Assembly: GCA_030390025.1 (NCBI GenBank)
Contig: CM059433.1
Coordinates: forward strand, 12,898,001-12,962,000
Length of the DNA stretch: 64,000 bases
Direction: 5' to 3'
Source: Squalus acanthias
Taxonomy: Eukaryota
The translations under genes were made by a program, and so were the position numbers. Below are positions 36,511-48,805 of this stretch, piece after piece (the stretch's first letter is position 1; every line of letters starts with the position of its first letter). The notes below the pieces were generated by a model that worked only from the letters and a program-made list of their open reading frames with translations, had not been told where the DNA came from and did not search any database.

Positions 36511-36930
36511 GGAATGGTAGCGTAGTGGTAATATCACCTGGGCTAGTAATCCAAGAGCCTGGACTAATGATCCAGAGTGCACGAGTTCAAATCCCACCAT
36601 GGCAACTGGGGAATTTAAATTCAGTTAATTAAATAAATCTGGAATTAAAAAGCTAGTATCAGTAATGGTGAGCTATGAAACTACTGGATTGTTGTTAAAA
36701 ACCCATCTGGTTCACTAATTGTTCTTTAGGGAAGAAAATATGTGACTCCAGACCCACAGCAATGTAGTTGACTCTTAACTGCCCTCTGAAATGGCCTAGC
36801 AAGTCACTTAGTTGTAACTCACCACATGGACTGCAGTGGTTCAAGAAGGTGGCTCACCACCACCTTCTCAAGGGATGGGCAATAAATGCTGGCCTTGCCA
36901 GTGATGCCCAGATCCCAAATGTGAATATTT
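36511..36930 (+). mobile_element. tRNA-derived SINE sharing its 3' tail with the 33893-34520 LINE
   Basis: Head GGTAGCGTAGTGG..GAGTTCAAATCCC; tail TTCAAGAAGG..CACCACCACCTTCTCAAGGG..ATAAATGCTGGCCTTGCCAG. Confidence 0.8.
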
Positions 36931-37131
36931 AAAAAAAGCTGTCCCCCTGCATTCTGGTGCACTTCCCCTAATATTACTAGGAGCCATCGCTGACATAGGT
37001 AAACTCTGGCAACGTGAGACAAGTATATTCCCAATCTATGTGTTGGTGCTGCTGCCCGTGCTAAACCTTGTGTTGCTTCACTCTGATTGATAATGATTGA
37101 TCTGAACCAGGTTCAGCCGAAGCCTAAACTA

Positions 37132-37590
37132 CCAACAACTTGCATTTATACAGTGCCTTTTAACGTAGTAAAAACATTCCAAGGCACATCACAGGAACGT
37201 TATTTGACACTGAGCCAAAGAACGAGATATTAGGACGGGGTGACAAAAAGCTTGGTCAAAGAGGTAGGTTTTAAGGAGCGTCTTAAAGAAGGATACAGGG
37301 CTGAGATGGCTAGTGGTGGGGCGAAGGAAGTGAGGGATGCATACAAGGGCGGAGGGCTGGAGGAAGGTACAGAGATAGGGAGGGGCGAGCCTATGGAGGG
37401 ATTGGAACACGAGGACGAGAATTTTAAAAATCCAGTGGAGCCAATGTGAGCAGAGGGGTGATGGGTGAACGGGACTTGGGGTGAGTTAGGATACGGGCAG
37501 CAGAGTGAGCTCAAGTTTACCACTGTGGAAGATGGGAGACCTGCCAGGAGAGCATTGGAATAGTCGAGTTTGGACGTAACAAATGCATGG
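37132..37590 (-). mobile_element. L2 LINE 3' fragment
   Basis: HAFVTSKLDYSNALLAGLP on the minus strand; 3' end similar to 21930-22100. Confidence 0.8.
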
Positions 37591-37852
37591 TCCAACAAAA
37601 CCAAGATCAAATTTCCGATACATTTGTCCATGTAAATTACCTCCAGGCATATCCTGTTAGTATGCAAAATAATATGCATACAGTAGTTCAATGGAAACGG
37701 CTGCAGTAGATGTATTGTGGTGGTGAATTTTTTCATCATTTTCAGCGCATTATCGGTGTGTAAACGGCGCAGGAATTTTTTTACGCAAAGTAATGAAGGT
37801 GGAATTGGTCTCTGCTGCTTGTGCACCTTTAAAATGTTTCCCCTGACTTTCT

Positions 37853-38242
37853 TATTGAAACATATAAGATTCTGAAGGGGCTTGACAGGGTAGGTGCAGA
37901 GAGGATGTTTCCCCTCGTGGGGGAATCTAGAGCTAGGGGGCATAATTTCAGAATAAGGGGGCACCCTTTTAAATCGGAAATGAGGAGGAATTTCTTCTCT
38001 CAGAGGGTCGTGAATCTTTGGAATTCTCTTCCCCAGAGAGCTGTGGAGGCTGGGTCATTGAATATATTTAAGGTGGAGAGAGACAGATTTTTGAAAGGTA
38101 AGGAAGTCAAGGGTTATGGGGAGCGGGCAGGGAAGTGGAGTTGAGGCCAAGATCAGATCAGCCATGATCTTATTGAATGGCGGAGCAGGCTCGAGGGGCC
38201 GAATGGCCGACTCCTGCTCCTACGTCTTATGTTCTTATGTTC
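37853..38242 (+). mobile_element. CR1 3' fragment
   Basis: MFPLVGESRARGH..FFSQRVVNLWNSLP plus CR1 tail. Confidence 0.9.
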
Positions 38243-39914
38243 ATTGCACTTTTTGAGCCTTCCCAGAATCCACTCACCTGGTCCCCACTGGCTATGTTTG
38301 CAGCGGTCAGAGTGAGAGCCGCTGGCGTAGCAGCAGTGAGTTTCCTGGGCTTGCACTGCTATTGCACTCGGGACAACTGAGATTGGTGAGGTGCAGCAGC
38401 TGCCAGTTTTAAAGGTGGAAATGAGGAGTTTCTGAGCTTGAAGAGCCGAGGAAACAAATGGAGTGATTTCTGCGGCTTTACAAACCTGTCTTTTTCTCTA
38501 CAAAAATTCACGTCACTCTGACTGCCTCTCACAGGGTCAGTCCAATGGAGAATTGTCAGAACCCCCCCCCCTGCCTCTCCTCCATCCGCACAATCAGGGC
38601 ATCCCAGGAGCAAGTATGACTTTTCCCTATGGGCACACCATATGCCTTCTCACAGAGGAGGAGGAGCAGCACAGGATGGAGCTAAAGAGAATTAGGAAGC
38701 ATTCAAAGAGGATGCAGCTCATCAGGTATTACCCCCCGCCGCCCCCCCCCCCCAACACCTTGCCAATCACGAATACCCCAGACATGCTCCGAGTGGTACA
38801 GATGCCCACCATTGGCATGTTTAATAAAGGGTCTTCTCCCGACTGCACAAAATTTGGCGGAGCCGGTTTCGGAGATCCTGGGCAGACATATCCCCCCGTT
38901 TGCACAGGGATGCAGTTCTATCCCCACCCTCCCAGAGTTTCGGTGAGATTTGGACATTCTGCCAACAGCACATCAAAAATCCTGTGATAATTTATTGACA
39001 TTTGGTTTCCAAGCTGACGGTCATTGTATTTACAATAGTCACAAGTAGGAATATATTTTTCAAGTAGGACCACAATTTTTGAGAATACCTATTATTTTGT
39101 AGTATGAAATGTTTGCAGAACGAGGCTTCGCTCAGGTGTTTGGTATTTTGTTTGGACACCCCATTTTCAGTAATGCTATTTTTGCAGCTACCTCAGCCTG
39201 GCAGAAGATGACACACAAACTATGCAGGCATATGGTATTTGCCTACATTAAATTCATAGAGAGTATTTTGGGATTGACTGGCCAGGTTCCAAGGAAATAC
39301 TGTGCCTTTTATTTTTTAATGAAGTCAAAGAAATAACCGTCCTGTGTGTTTCTGTAATTACTCATCAGTAGACTACGGTGTACTTTCTGCTGACTGAGCA
39401 CAAAGAGTTGCTTTGGTATTGCTTTTCGTCTTCAGACTCCCGTAATGCGGGTCTCCCTCAGCCAGCCTCCGCATCAACGCAAACCCGCTAAATTTCTTCA
39501 GACTGCCGATGAGGAAGACCCATCGCTCATTGGATCTTCCTGGCTGCTGCTGGTTTCACTAGTGTTAGTAAAGGGGCCGCTGCAACAACTGACGACCAGC
39601 AGGAGTGAGATTGAACACTTTAAATTGTTCCCTTTCTGGGCCAGAGAGGTTGATTGGCATTGCATTAATAATTATCACATCGTCAAAAAGGGTACTTGCG
39701 CTCTTAATTACCAAACTTAACTTTCTGTGGCGAGTTTAATGGGCAATTAATGTGCAAATCCATCAAGTTCTTAAAAATAATGGGGAAGTTAAGGGCGAGA
39801 TGGCGTTTGTGCAAAGCAAAAGGCGGAGCCGCCTAAATCAACCATCAAGTTGTGGAGATTCACAACTCCCGGAGTATCCCTTAATCCCCTGAACTTGATT
39901 TGCACATTAATTGG

Positions 39915-40420
39915 CTCGGCTGCCCGTGTCCTAACCCGCACCAAGTCCCGTTCGCCCATCTCCCCTGTGCTCGCTGACCTACATTGGCTCCCGGTTAAGC
40001 AGCGCCTCGATTTCAAAGTTCTCATCCTTGTTTTCAAATCCCTCCATGGCCTCGCCCCTCCCTATCTCTGTAATCTCCTTCAGCCCCACAACCCCCCCGA
40101 GATATCTGCGCTCCTCTAATTCTGCCCTGTTGAGCATCCCTGATTATAATCGCTCAACCTTTGGTGGCCATACCGTCTGTTGCTTAGGCCCTAAGCTCTG
40201 GAATTCCCTGCCTAAACCTCTCCGCCTCGCTACCTCTCTTTCCTCCTTTAAGACGCTCCTTAAAACTTACCTCTTTGACCAAGCTTTTGGTCACCTGCCC
40301 TAATTTATCCTTATGTGGCTCGGTGTCAGATTTTTTTTGTCTTAAAATACTCCTGTGCAGCGCCTTGGGATGTTTTACTACGTTAAAGGTGCTATATAAA
40401 TACAAGTTGTTGTTGTTGTT
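39915..40420 (+). mobile_element. L2 LINE 3' fragment
   Basis: SAARVLTRTK..ISPVLADLHWLPVKQRLDFKVL..WNSLP..FKTLLKTYLF; (GTT)n tail. Confidence 0.9.
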
Positions 40421-40709
40421 AATAACCTTGTGCATTGTTAAGACGCAGTTATTTTTCCAGCAAGCTTCAGCCCAATATGTTGAAACTTTTCTGAAGAACT
40501 GCCTCTCCCAGGAGATTACATGGCTGCGGTGGGAGGGGAGGGGAAGGGTGGAGTGAGTACGAAGTGTCTAGTCAGGATGCTCCGGCCATCACTAGTGTGA
40601 GGCAGGCTTGATGGAACAGCTGGTCTTTCCCTGCCCGTCATTTTCATATGTTCATAAGCAACAATACAAATGTAAAATAAATAAATAACAACGACTCATT
40701 TTCCTGTAG

Positions 40710-40834
40710 CCAGAAGACATGGATCCATTTCAGGAAAGCCTGGAAGAACGGAGGTATCCCGGTGAGGTCACAATACCGAGTCCCAAATCTAAATATGGAC
40801 AATGCAAGGACATCAGCAAAAAAGATCTCATAAC
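40710..40834 (+). CDS. MYT1L: MYT1L coding exon
   Basis: tcctgtag|CCA...AC|gtaagc, 125 nt, phase 0/2; [41 protein letters not shown](T). Confidence 0.95.
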
Positions 40835-41157
40835 GTAAGCAGGCAGAATAGTGTCAGCTATTTCTCGACTTTGTTTGCTAAATTTTTCTTTTGAATAAAC
40901 TCTTTTCCTTTGTATTTTGGTAGCATGCGACCCAATGTGCAACCTGTACTTTTTAATCTTCATTTCCCAAAACTTTCTTCTCACAATAAAGTTTCTTACT
41001 TTAATTACGTAGCATTAAGATTAAGTAAAACATCACTGATGCAATTGCTTCATTTTTGCAGTTTTTCCTTAGGATGCTTAGTAAGCCATTGCAGACAGTG
41101 AAGCTAAACTGGAAACAATGAAATATCAACAAAAAAAAAAGTTTTCTAAAAACGTAA

Positions 41158-41331
<174 letters not shown>

Positions 41332-41894
41332 TGAATTGCAAAAAAAAAACCTCGTACGTTAACCCTTTGACAATGGAATTTCCTTGACAGTTTGCAGCAT
41401 GTTTAGCACTGAAATGTGTCCAATAATCAGTAAGATTTTGGGGCTGAATGCCATGAAGAGTAAGAATACTATGTAAGAAATAATATTTCTTTATTGTCAG
41501 TACTTCACGAATAAATTGGAAACATTTCCCTTCGTTTTGTATTTGTAAATATGATGCAAATGTTTAGTTACACAGAGTAGTTGTCTTGAATGTGCTGCCA
41601 TTGTATTATAGAAATTTGATGCTGATCCGTAAATATATTTTTTAAAGTTATTTATTATAAAATGTGTGCACATCAAAGAAGCAAGTGCAGAGCTTTAACA
41701 ATGAGATTCCATAACTATATAGGTTGTGATAAACAAAAGATATTACTTAAATATTTAACTATTGGCATGAATTAATCAGCAATTCAACAGTGAAACTATT
41801 GCTTCTCTGCATTTGTCGAGTTGTGTCATGTGTGTGTATGAAAGGTTGGATTGAATTGACATGAGTTAACTTTGCTGCCTTGCGTATCTTACAG

Positions 41895-41963
41895 TCTATC
41901 CGGCTGCCCTTTGGCTGACAAAAACATTCGAAGTATGATGGCCACCAGCTCACAAGAACTCAA
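41895..41963 (+). CDS. MYT1L: MYT1L 69-nt exon
   Basis: ttacag|T CTA...AA|gtaagg, phase 2/2; [22 protein letters not shown](K). Confidence 0.95.
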
Positions 41964-42142
41964 GTAAGGCTTCAGTGGCATTAATGCATGCATAAAGGCT
42001 TCATTTTCTCATTACCAATTTTACTTTGTTAAAGTTGGGTTCTTCTTTAACTAATAACTGCCACAGCTGATGTGAGGCCAGCAGTTAAAGAAGTTGTTTT
42101 CACATGCCTGCGTGCACAGACTCACACATATAAATATGAGGT

Positions 42143-42902
42143 AACAACAGAAAATGCTGGGAACACTCAGCAGGCCAGGCAGCATCCGTGGAGAGAGAGA
42201 AATGGAGTTAACGTTTTTGAGCCCTTTCACCTCCTCCCTTCCCACTGTCCAAGGCCCCAAACACCCCTTCCAGGTGAAACAGCGATTTACTTGTACTTCT
42301 TGCAACTTAGTGTACTGTATTCGCTGCTCACGATGCGGTCTCCTCTACATTGGGGAGACCAAACGCAGATTGGGCGACCGCTTTGCGGAACACCTCCGTT
42401 CAGTCCGTAAGGGTGACCCCGAGCTTCCGGTCGCTTGTCACTTTAATTCTCCGCTCCACTCCCACTCTGACCTCTCTGTCCTCGGCCTCTTACACGGTTC
42501 CAATGAAGCTCAAGATAAGCTCGAGGAACAGCACCTCATCTTTCGATTAGGCACTTTACAGCCTTCTGGACTCAACATTGAGTTCAACAATTTCAGACTA
42601 TAACCCCCCCCATTTTTTCAGGCGGCAGCTGTTGATGATTCTGCCATTCCCATTTGCAACATTTAATCTCTCCTGCCTTCCATCCTAGTACAGACCATCC
42701 CTTTAGTTCCTTCCTCCGCTCCCCCCCCACCTTTTCCCTGCCTCTGCACCTGCTTAAAACCTGTTACTTCTCTAACGAAGGGTCACAGACCTGAAACGTT
42801 GACTCTGTTTCTCTCTCCACGGATGCTGCCTGGCCTGCTGAGTGTTTCCAGCATTTTTTGTTGTTATTTCAGATTTCCAGCATCCGCAGTATTTTGCTAT
42901 CG
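42143..42902 (+). mobile_element. 5'-truncated Penelope-like element (family B): GIY-YIG endonuclease, pLTR and inverted 5' arm
   Basis: FTCTSCNLVYCIRCSRCGLLYIGETKRRLGDRFAEHLRS..EEQHLIFRLGTLQPSGLN. 42143-42215 is an inverted copy of the 3' end. TSD TATAAATATGA(G/A)GTA at 42129 and 42903. Confidence 0.92.
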
Positions 42903-43859
42903 TATAAATATGAAGTATTGGTTTTGCTCATTTCTGTGTTGATCCATTCCTGGTTGCTTCCTTTGGAGATGACCGCTACACCTTTCTACCCGAGTAACTT
43001 TGGTTTTCTTTCAAGTAGATTTTGTAGCAACCTGACTAAATATTTGTGTGTTGCACTGTGTTAGTTGTCTCTATGCATGAATACTATTATTCAGCGATGG
43101 GAGATCCGTTGGATTTCCCACAAGGCTGTGAATTTGTTGCGCTTATATTATCCAACCTGGTTTCATATACAGTCCCCCAGCAACACAACAATTTCAATCA
43201 CCAACATGTCTTCCTCTTTTGGTGCTATGGCTTGACATTTGTCAATTCCGCAAAGGTTATCTTTTGGTCACCTGCAGAGTTGATTATTATAAATATGTAT
43301 GCAGTTGACCTACTCGCACAACTGACTGGAAAGAGAGAGCGTCATGGGAGCGACTGGCAAAGAGAGAAAGGGAAAACCTGGGTGTGGGGGAGGGCGGTGG
43401 CGGTCGGAGGGGCTAGAAAATCCTATAAAGCTGTGTCCATTACAAATTTTATAGCCATACACCCACTTAATTTAACTGGCAGACATTGTTGACGATTATA
43501 GGGCAAATTAAGTGGATAACGTCCACTGGAAGCTCGGCAAAAAACAGATATGCTACCTATGATGCTTTTATTTTAGTTAAGGTCTTTTAAAGTGATGTTA
43601 ATCCATTTTCAATTATTCTTAAAAAAAGGTTTTACCATCCGGATATGTAAAACACGAAACGTCCAGTGTATTTTGTCACGGGTAAAGCTAATGTGTCAAA
43701 ATATAATATTGTATGTTGTACAATGTATTTATTTAGTACTGTTATATATTTGAAAATAATTTTGAGAGGCTATGAACATCATTCGGGCACCAAACTGGCA
43801 GTTCTAGTCCTTTCAGTTTCCCATCTGTGAATTGTATAACTGATACAAGGTACATCTGA

Positions 43860-43955
<96 letters not shown>

Positions 43956-45144
43956 TAGGTGGTAGACCTTTCACTGGTATGATTTATTTTTTTCCCCCCT
44001 CCTTTTATCCCTCCAATTCTCCCCCTTCCCTTCCTACCTTGCATGACGGGGTTAACTCTTTGCCGGGGATACGGTTCTGCATTCCCAACTTGCCACTCTT
44101 CCTGTGTAAACTTGGACAGTGAGTGGCGGCAGGCTGTTTCACCAGGGGCAACATAACCAATCAAGTTCCTGTCTTCCCCCAAACACCCACACACTCACAC
44201 TTCCAGCAGGGTGCCAATCAGCAGCAAGAACCCTGGCTGATGTTCCTCTCCTAACTCACGAGTGCTGTAGCCAATTATAAAGAGACTGCTGCTAGGCTGA
44301 TTGAGATCGGTTAAATGAGCTCAAGCCGTGGATCAAACCAAGAACATTCATGGTCTTCATGAATCAGCTAATCACTGCCTTAACCAGCTAAACCATCAGG
44401 AGAATTTATAATGGTAGATTTTCCTCTGCCGCGCTCCCAAACATTACCCTAAAAATAGGGGCATCACAGAAAAAAATTGGGCATTGTTTTGCCTTTTCTG
44501 CAGCTGAAGAGCACTGCACCCAAACTCCCTCTATGGTTTTCCTGGTGTCTGCAACTGACTGCACCTGAAGAGGGAGCAGCAATTTAAATGACATGCAAAT
44601 TCATGCCTGATGGCTCTGGGCACAGATTTCCAGGGTCCAGATCAGGCAGACTGCTGCCGTAAGAAATCTTTCTGAGCTGCTGTTTAGGGACTTTGGTTAC
44701 TTTTCATGTCAGAACGCCACGAATCCATGAATTTCACAGCAGCTTCTGAGAAAAATAATAATGGCCCTGAATTCCGCCTACTCTCGGAGTACGCCGTCAG
44801 ACCACCTTTGAAATTGACCGCAGGTTCGGGATCTCTGCGTGCGCTAAATCCCGAACTTGCAACATGTCAAGTTCCGAGTGCGCGTCGGTCTCGCTGCACG
44901 CTTCACCTACCCATTCAAATCAATGAGCTGGCGAAAAGGCGGGCTAATTGGCCACCTACTGCACATTAATTACCCTGAAAATTTTTACGTCTGGTGCAAA
45001 CAGGTGCAGGAGCTTGTTGCACAGCATAAGGGGAAGGGGGCGGGGGGGGCGGGGAATGAGAAAATTGTATTAGTTGGCAGCTGCAGACTGACCCGTTGAG
45101 TGTTTCCAGCATTTTCTGACAAAAATCTACTGGCCAGACACTAG

Positions 45145-45535
45145 GGGCTGGATTTTGAATGACCCATGGAGTCGGGTTTGGAGGCGTGTGGGGGGTTAAA
45201 ATTGCGAAAACTGGTGGGTGGGTACAAGTCCGCCTCCATCCCGCCTCCACGCAATTTTCATTAAATCGTGTCTGCTGGTCCCGAAGGCTCTTAACAAGCA
45301 CTAAATTGGCTCTATAATGCCATTTTGAAAGGCCTTTGTGATTTTAACCCTTGTTCTACGTGAAGCACGCCTGTTCTGAACCACGATTGTGAAACCTGGC
45401 GGGAGCATATTTGGATAGCTGACTATCAGCTGCAGGGCCACTATTACAATGGAGATATGATCAGACGCCTCTGATGCTGCTGCATTGAATGTCTTCAGAG
45501 ACTGCCTGGCCTTTGCTGTGAGAGGACCTGGATGC

Positions 45536-45575
<40 letters not shown>

Positions 45576-45854
45576 CCCCCCGCCCCCTTAGAGATGCTGC
45601 TCATTTTGCATCCAGGTCCTCTCACAGCAAAGGCCAGGCGGTCTCTGACCTGCAATGCAGCAGCAATGATGATATCATCAGAGGCGACTTTCAGACTGAA
45701 ACCACTAATTGGTTCATGGGTTCCCACATGCTGGAACTCAATTGCCCAATTAGGTAAAAATTGCATCAATTTCCCACATCCAATTGCAGTCGGGTGGATA
45801 ACACGAAATGCGGATGACACGACCCCAACCCGCCCCAGTATCAAAATCCAGCCC
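45145..45854. mobile_element. MITE with internal 44-bp hairpin and (CT)n loop
   Basis: Perfect 14-bp TIR GGGCTGGATTTTGA / TCAAAATCCAGCCC; inner arms 45497-45540 and 45603-45646. Confidence 0.85.
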
Positions 45855-46170
45855 AAAGCTCTTTTCATGCGTCAGAATCTTTAATGATGAGTTTTTGAAC
45901 CCAGAAATTAAACACAGTAAACACCAGCTATAGGCACTCTACAGATTGGATATATTAGTTTAAGGGCAAAGTTTTTGAGTGCCGATTATTGTTCAACATA
46001 TTACAATAAAAAAAAACTACTGATTTATAGAAACATTTTGTACTGGGGTTTGCTACTGTATTGGCACAATTCTAATAATGGAGCATCTAATCTAATACTG
46101 AGTAGGTAAGAACCGTATATCTAACAAATGCAGTATTATTTACACATAGTTATGAAAGATGTTTGATCAA

Positions 46171-46313
46171 ATAAGAACATAAGAAATAGGAGCAGGAGTC
46201 GGCCATTTGACCCTTCGAGCCTGCTCCACCATTCAATAAGATCATGGCTGATCTTCTACCTCATCTCCACTTTCCTGCACTATCCCCATATCCCTTGATT
46301 CCCTCAATATTCA
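46171..46313 (-). mobile_element. CR1 3' UTR fragment
   Basis: Matches 57368-57510. Confidence 0.85.
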
Positions 46314-47159
46314 GATGTATATCTGGCATAACCTAAATATATATATACCTACCTTTTTAAATCCTTTCAACCAACATTTCCAATTAAGAGTGGCTATTAA
46401 ACGCTATGTAGATTGTAAATATATGCCAGTAGAGGACGTCTGTCTTCTATTGACATATATTTACAATCCTGTTTCAGCAATCTCCTCTGTTTCCTGATTG
46501 GCTAAGAGTCAGGAAGTGAAAGGAGCACCGCCCCACGTGATCCCAGGTTCGCATACGCACAACGGCGCTCCCCCTGGGATCCGTGGGGCACTACACTGCA
46601 CACAACTCCGCAGCGTTTGAAAGCAGCTTTTCGAAGCATGAGGTAAGTGCAGATCATGCCGCAAATTCAGGGCCAGTATTTATATTTTGACCATAAACTC
46701 GTTTTTTTTTCAAAAGCGCAATATTAGTAACATTCAAGAGAAAAATACACAATTTCTGCTCCATCTTCCAAAAATCATTGTACAAGATTTTAGGATTAGG
46801 AATAGTCCTGGGGCTCCTCCTGCACCAGCCCCTTTAATGTTGCTGCCACCTGTAAGATCCCAGAAGTGCCCAGATTTCCTTTGCGCTGTAGGCATGTGTT
46901 ATACCAATCGGGTCCTACAGCTGCTCAGGTCATGCTCCCAGCGGAGCGCACGTGCCCAAACTGCCTCCAGACAGCGTAAGCGGACGAAAATCAGGGTTGC
47001 CGTCATTTTTACTTGTTAACAACAGGTATGTTTGTTAATATCTTCTCTAGCACAAAATGCAGGCTTGTAAGTTATCTGTTTTTCATAATTCTTCTTTATG
47101 GTTTGAATTTCTTTATTGGTTTTACTCTTGGGCAGGTGTACATCTTTTTGACTGTATTA

Positions 47160-47385
47160 ACTCAGCGAGTTGTTATGGTCTGGAATGCACTGCCTGAAAG
47201 GCTGGTGGAAGCAGATTCAATAACAACTTTCAAAAGGGAATTGGATCTCGACTTAAAAAGGAATAATTTGCAGGGCTATGGGGAAAGAGCAGGGGAGTAG
47301 GACTAACTGGATAGCTCTTTCAAAGAGCCGACACAGACACGATGGTCCGAATGGTCTCCCTCTGCGCTGTCTGATGTTATGATTA
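47160..47385 (+). mobile_element. CR1 3' fragment
   Basis: TQRVVMVWNALPERLVEADSITTFKRELD. Confidence 0.85.
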
Positions 47386-48004
47386 ACCATTGGAGCAGCA
47401 ACACTATTGCACTTTAGAAGTGTTGGTTTGAGACCATGAATAGTCATCCAGACCTGCCAGGTAGAATTTTTTTTTCACACATGCTCTACAAAATAAAAAT
47501 ATCTTCAGAACTTCACACTTTTAGTTCTTCTATCAAAGATGAATGTCGAATTGCCAAAGAAACCCTTGCAAATACCTGCTGACTATTTTAGTCATGCAGG
47601 TTGATTAATATTAACACAGCGAAAACCTGTTTGTCGCTAAGTAACTGATTATCTGATCTAAACACCGGCACATTTGCTGTCCCCTGTCAGTTTAGACAGC
47701 ACTGCTCTATTTACTGACACCAAAAATGCATGTTGTTTATAGTGACATTTCAAAACTAAACCACTTCCAATTTCTGAAGCACTTTGTTTTAGAATTAATA
47801 GTATAAACAACACAGACTGCCCTGGTTCTGCCAAATCTACAATAATTGATAGTCTGCAGATCCATTTTGATTGCACGCGGAATGTTCCGAGATCCACACA
47901 CTCTGGCTGTCAAATGGGAACAAAGCATCAATTACCAAATCAGCTAAAACATAGAATTGTCTGTATGGATATAAGTTTAAGATCCTTAGATTAATATCAT
48001 TTTT

Positions 48005-48805
48005 TTTTATTCATTCTTGGGATGCAGGCGTCGCTGGCAAGTCCAGCATTTATTGCCCATCCCTAATTGCCCTTGAGAAGGTGGTGGTGAGCCTCCTTCT
48101 TGAACCGCTGCAGTCCGTGTGGTGAAGGTGCTCCCACAGTGCTGTTAGGGAGTGAGTTCCAGGATTTTGACCCAGTGACGATGAAGGATCGGCCGATATA
48201 CTTCCAAGTCAGGATGGTGTGTGACTTGGAGGGGAACTTGGAGGTGGTGGTGTTCCCATGCGCCTGCTGCCCTTGTCCTTTTAGATGGTAGAGGTCGCGA
48301 GTTTGGGAGGTGCTGCCGAAGAAGCCTTGGCGAGTTGCTGTAGTGCATCTTGTAGATGGTACACACTGCAGCCACGGTGCGCCAGTGGTGGAGGGAGTGA
48401 ATGTTTAAGGTGGTGGATGGGGTGCCAATCAAGCGGGCTGCTTTGTCCTGGATGTTGTCGAGCTTCTTGAGTGTTGTTGGAGCTGCACTCATCCAGGCAA
48501 GTGGAGAGTATTCCATCACACTCCTAACTTGTGCCTTGTAGATGGTGGAAAGGCTTTGGGGAGTCAGGAGGTGAGACACTCGCTGCAGAATACCCAGCCT
48601 CTGACCTGCTCTTGTTGCCACAGTATTTATGTGGCTGGTCCAGTTAAGTTTCTGGTCAATGGTGACCCCCAGGATATTGATAGTGGGGGATTCGGTGATG
48701 GTAATGCCATTGAATGTCAAGGGGAGGTGGTTAGACGCTCGCTTGTTGGAGATAGTCATTGCCTGGCATTTGTGTGGCGCGAATGTTACCTACCACCTAT
48801 CAGCC
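48005..48805 (-). mobile_element. CR1/L2-superfamily LINE 3' fragment (third family)
   Basis: ORF 48145-48759 (ILGVTIDQKLNWTSHI..YKAQVRSVMEYSPLAW); homologous to 33893-34520. Confidence 0.9.

Larger units (their letters stand above)
44763..46674. mobile_element. Probable Harbinger MITE (27450 family) with nested insertions
   Basis: Ends GGCCCTGAATTCCGC / GCAAATTCAGGGCC; right part shares CACGTGATCCCAGG..CTGGGAT with the 27-29 kb MITEs. Whether both ends belong to one copy is uncertain. Confidence 0.45.

Noticed and set aside
36511..36600. tRNA gene
   Set aside because: A/B boxes run into a SINE body with no clean cloverleaf; same for 14850-14920.
38463..38987. 174-aa ORF
   Set aside because: No recognisable domain; low complexity; probably transposon-derived sequence.
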